DNA of 64,000 nt, taken from positions 832,001 to 896,000 of the forward strand of contig CP067995.1 in assembly GCA_045159875.1 (NCBI GenBank), in the 5' to 3' direction. This stretch comes from a cyanobacterium endosymbiont of Rhopalodia gibba. GTDB taxonomy: Bacteria > Cyanobacteriota > Cyanobacteriia > Cyanobacteriales > Microcystaceae. The notes under the pieces are model-generated. The model ran no database searches, was not told the DNA's origin, and saw nothing but the letters and a program-made list of their open reading frames with translations. How positions within the stretch are numbered: position 1 is the first letter of the stretch; every line of letters starts with the position of its first letter. The translations under genes and the position numbers were made by a program. Shown piece by piece: positions 13,086-24,981 of this stretch.

Positions 13086-13658
13086 ATGTGGAACAAAAAT
13101 GAAGTCATACGTTTTCCTCAAATTAAAAATTTATCTCCTTCATTAATTTTGTCTGATTTTTTTCATTTTAAAAAGAAAAAAATAAATATAATTTCTCATC
13201 AAAATACTCAAAAAATTAAGCACAATATAATAACCATTATTATTGAAAACAGTAGTTCAGGAAAACTCTCTTTAAAAGAAAGTAAATTTTGGAATGGACA
13301 GACAGGAACTTATCAAATACCACAGGATATAAATCCTGGAGAGTTAGTTACCTTTGACCTCAGAAAAGATTTCCTTCAAAAGAATCAAGGAGTTGTAGTT
13401 TACCAAATAATAGACCATTATTGCCAAGATTATTTACTGATAATAGGCTGGTCAGATCTCAATAGTTTTAAGCTTATAAATCACGCTTTTATTCAACTCA
13501 TGTTACTAGAAGATTACCAACAAATAAATTTTAAAAAAATTCAAAGTTGGATTGATAATAGTAAAAGTCAATCTTGTTCAATTCTTAATGGGTATTCAGC
13601 TTGTGCTAAAGCGATAACAAAAGGAAGTCTTCCCCTCTGGGTTAATTGTCTGCATTGA
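13086..13658 (+). CDS. Hypothetical protein, possible actinoporin/jasmonate-induced-protein-like beta-sandwich
   Basis: Open 190-codon ORF with GAGGA upstream; pattern IENSS..L.L....W.G.....P..I.PG...F...K....GVVVY....L.IGWS......N recalls this fold class (by eye). Confidence 0.5.
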   Translation: MWNKNEVIRFPQIKNLSPSLILSDFFHFKKKKINIISHQNTQKIKHNIITIIIENSSSGKLSLKESKFWNGQTGTYQIPQDINPGELVTFDLRKDFLQKNQGVVVYQIIDHYCQDYLLIIGWSDLNSFKLINHAFIQLMLLEDYQQINFKKIQSWIDNSKSQSCSILNGYSACAKAITKGSLPLWVNCLH

Positions 13659-13679
13659 ATTCTATGTTAATACTTTTTT

Positions 13680-14327
13680 TAAAACTTTTTCCGTCATCAT
13701 GGCTAACTGAATTTAATTATCTTCTCAAACTATTAATTTTTTGTTGATGAGTGAACTTTTTTTCGAGAGCAGCATGGGCTAAATAACATCCATTTCTTTC
13801 GAGAACTTCTCTCGTTATTTTATACCAACTCCTCCTTTCAGAAATTGCCTTTTGATATTGCGGTTTAATCTAATCCAAAACTATTTGAATATCCTATCAA
13901 ATTTTTTATAGTCACTGTTGAGTGTCTTCAGAATTAGCCTTTTAAAAAACTTGTCTCAAGTTGATAAATATTATTTTTTTTATTCAAAGGAACGAAGTAT
14001 TTAGTTTAAAAACTACAATTAATTTCTATTCAACGCCAAATAGCAAAATATTTAAATCTGTTAAACAAAACATCATATTTTTTTAAAAAAACGAGTTTCT
14101 GCATGACGGATAATCACATTAAGACTAGTACAAAACTCATAATGGCATTTTTTCGGATAAACCTAATTTCTTCTAGTAAATGTTAACAATAATGTTTATT
14201 TTATAGTCTCACTAGATTTGAAATACTGAATAACAGTATTATCACCACAATCAACACCGTGATGTTTATGACTCCCTAAAACATTCAACAATTCTCAATA
14301 TACACAAATTCAATCACCGCGTGTCCT
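13680..14327 (-). pseudogene. LRAT/NC-domain protein, degraded
   Basis: Reverse strand reads TRGD*ICVY*ELLNVLGSHKHHGVDCGDNTVIQYFKSSETI, resembling cyanobacterial MARGDQIYV..HHGIDCGDGTVIHYRKPSETI; coiled-coil C-terminus KPQYQKAISERRSWYK. Confidence 0.75.
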
Positions 14328-14352
14328 AATCAATATAGTTAGTAACTATTAA

Positions 14353-15342
14353 CTATTCTTCTCCTAATCCTAATTCCAATTTGAGTAACTGAATTGATTT
14401 ATCTCCAATGTAATTTTCAGAACAAATGACATGAGGAGGACGAATGATGTCATCTCTAATAACTCGGATAGCTTGTTTAACAATAGGATAACTAGCGGGA
14501 TCACTAATAATTGTTTGAGCTGAACGAACTAATCCCCTAAGTTTAACATGATCGCTTGCCTGAGCTGAAATTAACAATAAATCATCTCCCCGCAAGCTAT
14601 GAATAAGAATTTCTGCCACAGTTAATATTCCCGGACTGAGACTAACAATACCTAAACGAGTATCTAAAGGTAAATCCTTAATAATAGCTAGTTCTTGACT
14701 GTAATCGTAAATATTTAGAGGGATAACTCGGATAGACAACGGAGACGCAATAGATTCAGCCTCAGAAAAAAAATAGCTACTTGTAACTACAGTTCCTGAT
14801 TTAGTTTTAACTAGAACCTGAGCTAATTCTTCGAGAGGAACTAATTGTACGGGAATCGCTAAAGCTTTCTCTAGTTCTTGTAATATCAACTCCCCTGCTC
14901 CTAAATCTTTAGTAGGAACTGTGACCAATACCTGCGCACTACAACGTAAACGCCAGTCAAGAGCTGCTAGAAATAATTCCTTAACCTGAGAAATTGTTAA
15001 TCCTTGCCACAACAACTCATCAAGACTTTTTTGAACTAATTGCCTAGCTTCAGGATATTGAGCAAATAAAGGAGAAGCAGGGAGTATTCCGCTTTCATTT
15101 CCTTGAACTTTAACGTAAATACCTGATCCAGCAATAGATTCTACTAGACCAGCTTCTTCCAATTGTTGATAGACTTTACTAATCGTGTTGCGATGAAGTC
15201 CTGTAATAGTAGCTAATTGTCGCGTACTGGGTAAGCGATGGCCAGGAGGATATTGACGAGAAGCAATAGAAAAGCGAATTTGATCAAATAACTGCTTAGA
15301 CGAGGGAATATCACTATCGGACTGGATTTGAAATTGAAGCAT
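14353..15342 (-). CDS. plmA: GntR-family regulator, PlmA subfamily
   Basis: MLQFQIQSDSDIPSSKQLFDQIRFSIASRQYPPGHRLPSTRQLA is typical of cyanobacterial PlmA; likely start ATG at 15342. Confidence 0.85.
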   Translation of the reverse strand: MLQFQIQSDSDIPSSKQLFDQIRFSIASRQYPPGHRLPSTRQLATITGLHRNTISKVYQQLEEAGLVESIAGSGIYVKVQGNESGILPASPLFAQYPEARQLVQKSLDELLWQGLTISQVKELFLAALDWRLRCSAQVLVTVPTKDLGAGELILQELEKALAIPVQLVPLEELAQVLVKTKSGTVVTSSYFFSEAESIASPLSIRVIPLNIYDYSQELAIIKDLPLDTRLGIVSLSPGILTVAEILIHSLRGDDLLLISAQASDHVKLRGLVRSAQTIISDPASYPIVKQAIRVIRDDIIRPPHVICSENYIGDKSIQLLKLELGLGEE

Positions 15343-15518
15343 GTCAACCAAGTCGAAGAAAGAGTCAACAAGACACAAGACCTTAAGACGTCATTTTATT
15401 GTAAACAGTTCCGCGAAAATATACTTAACGGAATATAAAGGCTAATGCATATATTATGTATATATATTAGAGTTCTAATATAATTCCAGAAAAAAAATAA
15501 ATTTGGGTAATATTAAAG

Positions 15519-16511
15519 ATGGACTGGAAACATGCTTACCTCGAAGATAGAATTGGTGTTCACTTCAAAAATAGCGATCTTCTTTTTGAGTCTCTGATTC
15601 ATCCGTCTTACGCTCAACAAATAAACCGATCCGAAAATAACAATGAGCGGCTAGAATATTTAGGGGAGAAAATTCTGGAGTTTATTATTACGAATTATCT
15701 CTATCAAAACTGTTCCTATCTAGCAGTAAGCAAACTGACTACTTTGCGTAATAAATTAGAAGAAGGAGAAAAGTTAACTGACCTTTGGTTTAAATTAGGA
15801 TTAGGAGAAAGCTTCCCTTTTTTAGCTATAAAAGATGAACGACATTCCCTCCGTATTAAGCAAAATAATCCTTTCGAAAAAGCTCTCAAAGCATTAGTAG
15901 GAGCTATACATCTTGACCGAGGTTTATCTCAGACCTCTAATTGGGTTAAAAAACAGTTAATCACTCCATTATTAGCCCGTCACTTAAAAAAGATTAAATA
16001 CAGATTAGACCCAAAGAAACAACTTCAATTTTTAGGAGATGCTCTATTTAAGGCAATAGTTGCTGACTATTTATATCGACTTTTTTCTTATGTCAATCCT
16101 TCTTTTTTAAGTAGAATGGCTAAAAAATTAGTAATTAAGGATCAACAAAATAAATACATTGATCGACTTACTTCAGAAGATTGGAAAATTATTAATACTG
16201 AGAACGAAGAAATATATATAAAATCATTTACTAGCTTATTAGCTGCTATCTATCTTCACTTTGATCAGCAAAATTATAAAATAAGCTTTCGAGAAACCGG
16301 TAGTTGGTGGGTTAATAAATGTATTGATGAAGATGAAATTTGGCGCGAATTAATTATTTTACTCGTCAAAGATGGGGTTTCTCAAAAATGGATTATTCGT
16401 CAGGCAATGGGATATGAAAGTAAAGATTATGACAAAGGTCGTGAACGTTTTCATGAACTAATGAAATCTTCGAAAACCGACAATGGAATAAAGATCGACG
16501 CTCACTACTAA
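15519..16511 (+). CDS. Protein with two RNase III-like domains, no dsRBD
   Basis: NNERLEYLGEKIL and KQLQFLGDALF signature-like motifs, each followed by an LVGAIHLD / LLAAIYL helix. Confidence 0.8.
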   Translation: MDWKHAYLEDRIGVHFKNSDLLFESLIHPSYAQQINRSENNNERLEYLGEKILEFIITNYLYQNCSYLAVSKLTTLRNKLEEGEKLTDLWFKLGLGESFPFLAIKDERHSLRIKQNNPFEKALKALVGAIHLDRGLSQTSNWVKKQLITPLLARHLKKIKYRLDPKKQLQFLGDALFKAIVADYLYRLFSYVNPSFLSRMAKKLVIKDQQNKYIDRLTSEDWKIINTENEEIYIKSFTSLLAAIYLHFDQQNYKISFRETGSWWVNKCIDEDEIWRELIILLVKDGVSQKWIIRQAMGYESKDYDKGRERFHELMKSSKTDNGIKIDAHY

Positions 16512-19085
16512 TAGAATAACTAAACAATTTGACATTTATATATATTTTTATCAAAAAAAAATCCTATTGAGAAAATATAGATTTAATAAATCATTAAAAT
16601 TTTATTTTTGTTCAAAATTACCATTTTAATTTCTTCTCATATTCTTAGTAACTCATCTGAGTTATGTAAATTTAGTTAGTAAAATTAAATTTTGAGTTTT
16701 CACAGAAATAACTTTCTCATCTTAACCGTATCAACGACTATCCTTATAAAGGATTATTATTTATGATGTAGAAAAATTAAAAATTTTAAAAAAAAATTTA
16801 TATAAAAGATAATGTCCCAAATATGTTTATATTGAGGAGTAGTCAATTTTTTATAGGGGAAGATAAAGAAAGTAAAAAAAATACTATAATCACTAATTAC
16901 TAAAAGAATTTTTACCTAATAATTTACATTTTATACCAGGAGATTTAAAAAGTTTTTTCTAAAGTTAGGACATAAACAAGTTAGCTAAAATAATTAACTT
17001 TTAGAAATTACTAAGAAATGATTTTAAAACTACATACTAAATTTACCCTAGAGGAATAATATAAAGGTCCGTATTCAAAAATATTAAATAATCAAACTCA
17101 ACAAATATTAGTTCTTGTTAAAAACAAATAATTTGGTCAATAAAATAGAAGATGTGTAAAACAGTTTTAGATTTCCTGGGCGATTAGAATCTTTAATTAG
17201 TCCGTAAACTTGAAGCAAGATTAAATAAAAAAATATAGTAATTAAGTTCATATTTAATCTTATAGGTTAATGTTTTTTATATTATTCCTATTACTATAAT
17301 TCTTATTATTCTACTAATTCAGTAAATTGCCAGCGAATTAATTAACAACTTTGGTAGCTTGAATATTTCATATTTTCAGTGTTTTTTTATCAGTTCCTGT
17401 GATTTATATATTGATTTTTAATTGATAAAAATAAAAAAATACTTAACTCTATCTATTAAAATTATTAGTTTAATAATAATATTTTAACTAGAAACTACTG
17501 GTGGGTTTTGGAGTTAAGTTTATTTTATGAAATTGTTGTTTTTTACTTGTACTTAATTGTTTAATTTAAAACACATATCGCATATATTTATGAATATAAT
17601 TTCTTATTTTTACAGTGTAGTTATTGTTTTTATTAATAAAATTTAAATTTCAAAAATAAGTGGTTTTATTTAAAACAAATATCTCTAATGTAATTTTAAA
17701 TTATTTTTTTTTACATAGATAATATTTGTCGTATTCATTTAAAACTATTTCTTGCTAAATAAATATAAATTACAATAAAATAATATTTACTAATATCTCT
17801 AATAAATATATCAATATAATTGATTTTTCTTGATGTTATTTTTATTCAAGTAAATCTAAACGCCATTATTTTTTAGATAAATATGTTGTAAACATATTAA
17901 TGTTAGCTTTTTAAATTAAATCAGACTTAAGCTTTTAATATATTATTTTTAATAACTCTTCTATATCTATATCAGATATATTTGCCTTAGCCTTTTTATT
18001 ATTTTAAATTTATGTGTTAAATACTTATTTGTTAATTCACATATTGAGCAATATTTAATTATAAAAATAACTATAATTATTGTTATTAGTTGATTAGTAA
18101 AAATTTAGTTCTAGAAACTAGAAGTCCTTCAAAAAATGCAGTTTTCTTAAATTTATGCATTATTTGTACTTAATTTTTACTTACTTAAGACTAGCAATCA
18201 TGATTATTCTATTCTAATTTTTAAGATTGGGACTTATTTTAAGTCTAAATATAATTTATATATCTGGACTAGTTGTCCGATATTTTATATCTATAAAAAC
18301 AGTTAAATATGTATTTATAGTATTAATGATTATTCGTTACTGGTGATAAAATTATCTATTTTTTATTATTGATTTATTTTAAATTTTTTTAAAAAATAGA
18401 GTAAAATTAGCTATTTAATCTATAGTTTTTTTAAATAAAAATTAACTGTTAATTTTTATTTAAAAAAATAAGTCTATTTAAAAAACTGTAAAAAGTTAGA
18501 AAATTTAAACCAAAAACACTTTTATAAATTAAGAAGATACTTGTAAACAGTTTACAAGATATAAAATTTAGATATTTTTTACTGTTTGTAACCTAGAATG
18601 TATTAAGTTTATAGGTGTCAAGTCGGTTAAGCCATATAGACTATTCCAAAAATTAGAAAATTTGGTTTATACATATCTTGATAAGGGATTTTCTCTATGT
18701 CTACTTTTTTAAAAATTTTTATAGATTACCTAGCAAATTAGATAACTAAAAGAACACCAATTTAAATTTAGTTATTTAAGTTGTGTACTATTAGTTGATC
18801 AAAGTAAAGATATATTAATCTATGATTTTGATTATTATCGGCTTTTTTGGATTTTTAAGTAAGATCTTAACATAAAATTTATTTTAAAAATAGAGTTATT
18901 AATAATATTTTTTTGAAGCAATTTTTAGTATTAATTTATTTATAGAATATTAATATTAAAAAGTTTAAAAGCCAGTTTTTTTAAAAAAAATCTAAGTAAA
19001 AATATGACGAGATTGACAATCATACGAAATAGCAGCTACTAACGATAAACACTCTATTAGTTGTTGAAAATACAAGACCATTAAA

Positions 19086-19146
19086 GATGCCTTAACTTTT
19101 AACCTAAAATTAAGAGAAAATTTTTCAGGTTAAAAGTCAAGGCATC
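19086..19146. repeat. 20-bp inverted repeat (1 mismatch) within AT-rich desert
   Basis: gatgccttaacttttaacct ... aggttaaaagtcaaggcatc. Confidence 0.85.
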
Positions 19147-20348
19147 AATCGAACAATAAAATTTCAAACACTTTTATTTTTTGAATATTCAATCTTACTT
19201 ACGTTGTAAGTTATTTTTGATTGGTTTAATTCAAAAGACTTGTTTAGTTAATTTTTAAAAATCAGTTTTACTAACTTTTAGTTAATTATTATATTGATTA
19301 CGAGTAATTAACTGAAGTCCTGATTGATGACATTTTATGACAAGTTTTTTAGTTATATACCCTCACTATGAAAATAATTTATTCATTCAAGTTCACGTTA
19401 ATTAAGACATAGATTTACAATGATCTATGTTACCTCAATTTAACTAAAAAAATAATAATTTACTACGATTATTGATAACTAAGTTTAGTTTAAACTTTTA
19501 ATGCGATCTAACAAGATTTTAATCTTAACTATATATAACTAGATTACTAAAAACTCAGTGTGCTATAATGAGATGTTGGTCAAATAATTATGTTAAAGTC
19601 CAATTGGGATAAATTTATTCTTAGAATTTCTCCTTTGTTAGTTAGCAAAAAACAGTATATAAATATCCTTCTCCAGAATATGAGCTCCACAAAAAGATTC
19701 TAATTTACTAGGTTGGTAGATATTATTTTACAATAAAGAAAAATTTTTAATAAGTTCGATATAATTAACCGCGAGAAGCAGCTTTAATAGTCATAGTCTT
19801 ATCTATTTTAAAACAAAAAATATTAATTTCAAAAAAAAATATTTTAAATTGAGCAACAGAATGACAATACTGTTTAAATCTAGATTTTTGATAGAAATGA
19901 TAAAAATTACAAAATACTAAAGTAAAATTGAGACAAGATTTTACATTTATAGCACTAGCTCTCAACGAATGCTACTTTTAGCATAGAGCGGCTGCTTTTC
20001 TTTCTTTTTATAACTTTCTGTCGGACTCAAGCTTTAGCCGGATAAAAAGACAAATCTACTGAACTTGGGATAATAAAAGTTAAATATACCTTGACATAGC
20101 TTAATTTAGCATTATTTATTATTAACAATGGACAAACTATCTTGAAAACTATTTCTCAATAGTGCTTTTGAAACGTTAATATTAATAACTATATGTACCA
20201 GATTTTGTAGAAATAAAAAGACAAGGATGAAAAGCACGGATTAATATGCAAATTTTCCCTTGTCTCAATAGCTACAATTGTTCAGGCTTGATGTTCATTT
20301 TTAATGACACTTAAGGGATATGAACTGGTTTTTAATATTTTTTTTCGT

Positions 20349-20732
20349 TTACTTAAATAGGGTTTTAAACCATTTAAATAGATTTTTAAACCATTGAACT
20401 AAGGGATAAGTAGATTCCGATTCTGAAGTTAAAATAGGTTTGTGCGTTAGCTGTGCTGAAGTATTTTGAGGAGATTCTAGGGAAACCGGTTCTGATTTTC
20501 TTTGAACTGTTACCAAAAACTGCTTTAATTTCTCTTTGTCAGATCCAGAAGATTCTCTAGCTTGTTTAGCCTTTTGAGAAAAATTCACTTCCCCAATATA
20601 AGTTAGCCAGTTTTCCAAGTCTCCTCGGTTTAAGTAATTAATTCCCTCCTGGGGATAATCTTCGCAGATTTTGATTAAATCTTCCATATTATTAGCCTGT
20701 TGACCATTACTAAATTTAAAAGGTTCTGTCAT
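20349..20732 (-). CDS. Hypothetical protein
   Basis: 127-aa ORF with AGGA upstream; PFKFSNGQQANNMEDL...LENWLTYIGE domain and amphipathic WFKNLFKWFKTLFK tail. Confidence 0.7.
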   Translation of the reverse strand: MTEPFKFSNGQQANNMEDLIKICEDYPQEGINYLNRGDLENWLTYIGEVNFSQKAKQARESSGSDKEKLKQFLVTVQRKSEPVSLESPQNTSAQLTHKPILTSESESTYPLVQWFKNLFKWFKTLFK

Positions 20733-21049
20733 TGTTTTTCCTAATCGCCAATAGAATGATAAATCTCACTGCTAATCTTAACGATTTTCTTGAAAATTAG
20801 TCATGGTCACATTTAGAAAAACCGCACAATCCCATCATCAAAATATTTAACTTAGTTTTAGAAAATACAACAAGCCCGCCATTACATTATCTTTTTATCT
20901 TTATAAATCGAGTTTCTTTAATTCTAAAATACGTTACTTTAGACCCAAGATTGAACCAACCTCCAGATTAGCTTGCAAATACATAAAAATTTTGATTATC
21001 ACACATAAACAGAATATTCACTATTTCACTATGTTATGGGAGGTTTTCC

Positions 21050-22065
21050 TAATGGAGTAAAAACCTACAGCGATATGGTGTCCCTAGAAATAGATCTATA
21101 AAAAAACCGTAAGATTCTCTTACCGTTTAAAAAACATCAAGGAACTATTACTGCCAAATCAACCCCATTTTTAATGGAGATCAAAGAAACTAATTTAGTA
21201 TCCAGGACTAATGTTCTTCTCTAACTGAAACTTAACACGAGCTAATAGACGTCACTGATTAATGTGTGTCACACCGTTAATTCTTCAGGGAACTAACTTA
21301 GGTAAAACATGTATTATTTAGGATACCACTGATGGTTAAATTATGTTTTTAATCAAATATTTCTTTCTTCGTCTGATATTTAGAAAAATCTACATCGGTT
21401 AGTTAATAATATTTCTCATAGGTTGCAAATTTCTTGAACAGTAGGTAATGTCTGGGTTCTTATCAAGTAAACCTGTGGCGCAGAACAGTAGTTTCAGCGA
21501 TATTTGAGAAGAAATTTCCGAAACTGCTATTTGTCAAGTTGACCGGATGACTCAATACAAAATTTATTAGATTTAGCGTGGGATAATAATGGACAAGCGC
21601 ACTTTTATTTAGAATCCATTATTCTTAATAATTTACTCAAAGAGATGGGGGAAATAAATCGTTCATATGATGACTATACCGTTAATCTTGAAATTACATC
21701 AATTCTCCTTGTTATTAAAACAAACAGTAATTGCATCAAATAAATTATCCTCAATATAATTGATAATTCAGTAGAATACTCCGAGTATAACAACCTTATT
21801 AGTGTTAAACCCTATCAGGATCAGGTCCAAAAAATCGAAAAGTAACAAGTATGTAACCATTGTAAGGAAGTTCTTCTATCCGAATCAAACTAGAATTTCT
21901 GAGCAATTTTATCTGCGAGATAAAGCTAGAAGTAACATTACCAGAAGAACTCGACTTAAACTCTCCATTATTAGCACTTTGATTGAAGAAATATGAGAAA
22001 CTATGAAAGTAATTTCTCAAGTCAGTAGTGAGAACGTCTTTACTGTTACTTTGTTTATCTTGTAG
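21050..22065 (+). pseudogene. Sensor histidine kinase, degraded
   Basis: Relics of H-box (VNNISHRLQIS), IQNLLDLAWDNNG, N-box (IILNIIDNSVEYS) and G2 region (FYLRDKARS..RTRLKLSIISTLIEE..VFTVTL); 5' limit approximate. Confidence 0.75.
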
Positions 22066-22104
22066 CAACAAAAATTTGGATTAGTCCATTAAATAAAATT
22101 TTTG

Positions 22105-22640
22105 ACTGGGTGGACTTAAATAAGCCTAAGAGAGAAAAGTCGTTAAAAAAGAGCAAGTATTAGATACTAACCAGCCTCAAAATTTAACTAACATAATCAG
22201 AAGCTCAAGAACTATTAAAGTTAACTCAAGACAAAATCATTCTTCCGGGGACAAGAACAAAAGCGTAAATTTTATACTTGGATACAAAAGATTAGAAGTT
22301 CAAGAAAATTACTGACGGGTAAAACTATTAGAGAATACAAGTAGAAGGACAATTTATAGATATATTTTTTATAGCAAACAATCATCTAAGATTTTATAAA
22401 AAAAGATAAAAGTAAAATTAACTCGTAAAAAAATCTTAGACAATGAGACATATAAGACTGAAAAGTATTAGTAGCACAATAAAAACAACAGATAAACAGT
22501 TGTCTTACTTAACAATCAACAATTATTTAGGACTGAACATTGGTCTGGACACAGTTAAAGTTTTACTGAAAAAATTGCTCAATAAATTCAAAAATTTTTC
22601 TTTGCTAACAGAGACTATCTTGAGTAGATCTGGAGCATAG
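22105..22640 (+). mobile_element. Eroded IS630-family transposase N-terminal remnant
   Basis: EAQELLKLTQDKII..TRTKA*ILYLDTKD*KFKKI is homologous to relics near 30700 (-) and 33990 (+). Confidence 0.5.
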
Positions 22641-22902
22641 TTATAAACTATCTTTATCGAATTTAGTTAAGTCGACAACATTGTTTTCTACAACCAGAAT
22701 TAATCTTATAATTCCCAGCGGCTTGGTATTAGAATTCTAGAAGAAAGCGAGATGTTATATTTTTGTCTGCCGCAAAAAATCACGTGCTCGATAGTTACAC
22801 GCCTCATCCAAAGTCATCTGATCTTGTTCTTAAAGATTCAGTAATGCTATAGACTTGAGGTTCTGACTCCATTAACCAATAATCTATAACAATTGATTTG
22901 CA

Positions 22903-23676
22903 ATGACCCTTCTCAAACCTTCTGTCTACTTTATTGGTGCCGGCCCGGGTGATCCAGACTTATTAACCCTCAAAGCATACAAAATTATTACTCAAGCTGA
23001 TGTTATCTTCTACGCAGACTCCCTAGTCCCTAAACAAATTTTACAAGATGTTCGCCCTGATACTCAATTAATCTCTACAGGCAGTAAAACTCTAGAGGAA
23101 ATTATGACCTTAATTCAAGAACAGGTGAAGAACAATTATGCTGTCGTTCGTCTACATTCTGGGGATTTAACTATTTATAGTGCAATTCATGAACAAATAC
23201 GGATTTTAGCCGAAAAAAACATCCCCTTCGAATTAATACCCGGAATTAGTGCTTTTCAAGCAGCAGCCGCTAAGTTAGGGGCAGAATTAACTATCCCCAA
23301 TCTAGTACAGACTATTATTTTAACCCGTATTAGTGGTTGTGCCTCGTCCGTTCCTGAAGATGAAGAATTAGCAAGTTTAGCCGCCCATAAAGCCAGTTTA
23401 TGCTTGTATTTGTCCGCTCGTCATATCGAAACAGCCCAAGAAAAATTACTGGACTATTATCCTTCTAATACCCCCATAGCAGTGTGTTTTCGTATTGGGT
23501 GGCCAGACGAGAAAATTTGGTTGGTTCCTCTAGAAAAAATGGCACAAGTTACGCGGGAAGAAAAGTTAATCCGAACGACCCTTTATCTAATCAGTCCAGC
23601 ATTAAACCCTAGTTTTTCAAGTCGATCTCGTCTTTATCATCCTCAACATTCACACTTATTTCGTCCACGAATCTAG
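22903..23676 (+). CDS. cobM: Precorrin-4 C11-methyltransferase
   Basis: VYFIGAGPGDPDLLT, RLHSGD, AELTIPNLVQTIILTR, SRLYHP motifs. Confidence 0.92.
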   Translation: MTLLKPSVYFIGAGPGDPDLLTLKAYKIITQADVIFYADSLVPKQILQDVRPDTQLISTGSKTLEEIMTLIQEQVKNNYAVVRLHSGDLTIYSAIHEQIRILAEKNIPFELIPGISAFQAAAAKLGAELTIPNLVQTIILTRISGCASSVPEDEELASLAAHKASLCLYLSARHIETAQEKLLDYYPSNTPIAVCFRIGWPDEKIWLVPLEKMAQVTREEKLIRTTLYLISPALNPSFSSRSRLYHPQHSHLFRPRI

Positions 23677-23724
23677 AGAGAAATAGTATTAAAATGAAGG
23701 GTGCAACAAAGATTTTTATAACCG

Positions 23725-24903
23725 TTGATAGCAAAGATTACCATGCAGGGTTTACTCAAACGCATCTGGCAGTGGATTCAAGAATTTTTTGGACAGCTTT
23801 TTGGAAAACGATTATCCAATATCAATATTGATAGCAACTCGCAAGAGTCCAATCGTCCTCTGACAGATACGGATTACGAGTTTTTGTTTAGTCAGCTATT
23901 AGAAGGTATTGCTCACGGCTGGCACGAAGGGCGAGTTCTCAAATATTTTGAAGATTTGGGAATACGAGGAAAATCGAAATTCTGGGTAGATTGGTTAGAA
24001 CGCTTTGGGGACAAAGCTATAGCATCTTCAGCCCCTAATCTACAATTGGCTGCCAGGATGATGCGTTTAGGAGAATTGGGACAATCTTTTCGAGAAACCG
24101 AAATGATTGGCAAAAAGTCTTATGAGATTGGACGGAAAATCTATAGCCAAGAAGCAGAAAGTGGAATTTGGGAATACGAAGGTCCTGATGTCGATGAGCA
24201 AATTATCTCAAAAGATAGTTTTCAGAACAATAGTTCTCATTTCCGAATTGACTCGCCTGACGAAGTCACTCAAACCTTGACTATAGAAGAATTGTGCGAG
24301 CGTTTACAGCAAGATGCAACCTTAGCCAAACAACTCGCGCCTCAACTAGGGATAGAATCGAGCAATCCTGAACAACTAATTGAAACCTTACTTGAGCGGT
24401 TTCACAATGAAGCTGCTAAGCCTAAACAAATTAACTCTCCTCAAACAGAACAAGAATGGTTTAATCAAGGATTGCAACAAGCTAATCAAGGGGATTTAGA
24501 AGGGGCTATCGCTAGTTGGGATAAAGCTTTAGAAATTAATCCTTTCCTCTCTCAAGGATGGCATAATCGCGGCAGCGCTTTGGGAAAATTAGGGCGGTTA
24601 GATGAGGCAATCGACAGTTTTGATCGGGCAATTCTTCTCAATGCTGACGATCTTGAAGCTTGGAATTCTAAAGGAAATGCCTTATATGGATTAGAACAAT
24701 GGGAAAAAGCAATCACCTGTTGGGATAAAGGGTTAAAATTACAGCCAAACTACTATCAAGGTTGGTACAATCGCGGTAGTGCACTGGGTAAATTAGGGCG
24801 GTTAGATGAGGCAATCACTAGTTACCGTAAAGCATTGGAAATTGAACCGGGTTTCAGGCTAGCTCAAGCTCGACTTAATGAATTATCTGAGGAGAGTTTA
24901 TAG
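23725..24903 (+). CDS. TPR-repeat protein
   Basis: Four C-terminal TPRs (WHNRGSALGKLGRLDEAI etc.); start may be the ATG at 23743. Confidence 0.85.
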   Translation: MIAKITMQGLLKRIWQWIQEFFGQLFGKRLSNINIDSNSQESNRPLTDTDYEFLFSQLLEGIAHGWHEGRVLKYFEDLGIRGKSKFWVDWLERFGDKAIASSAPNLQLAARMMRLGELGQSFRETEMIGKKSYEIGRKIYSQEAESGIWEYEGPDVDEQIISKDSFQNNSSHFRIDSPDEVTQTLTIEELCERLQQDATLAKQLAPQLGIESSNPEQLIETLLERFHNEAAKPKQINSPQTEQEWFNQGLQQANQGDLEGAIASWDKALEINPFLSQGWHNRGSALGKLGRLDEAIDSFDRAILLNADDLEAWNSKGNALYGLEQWEKAITCWDKGLKLQPNYYQGWYNRGSALGKLGRLDEAITSYRKALEIEPGFRLAQARLNELSEESL

Positions 24904-24981
24904 TTGATAAAATCTATGAATGTTTGTCAGAACAGGTTATGATGACTTAGGTTGAACCTTTCAACAGTTTAGTTTACCTTC

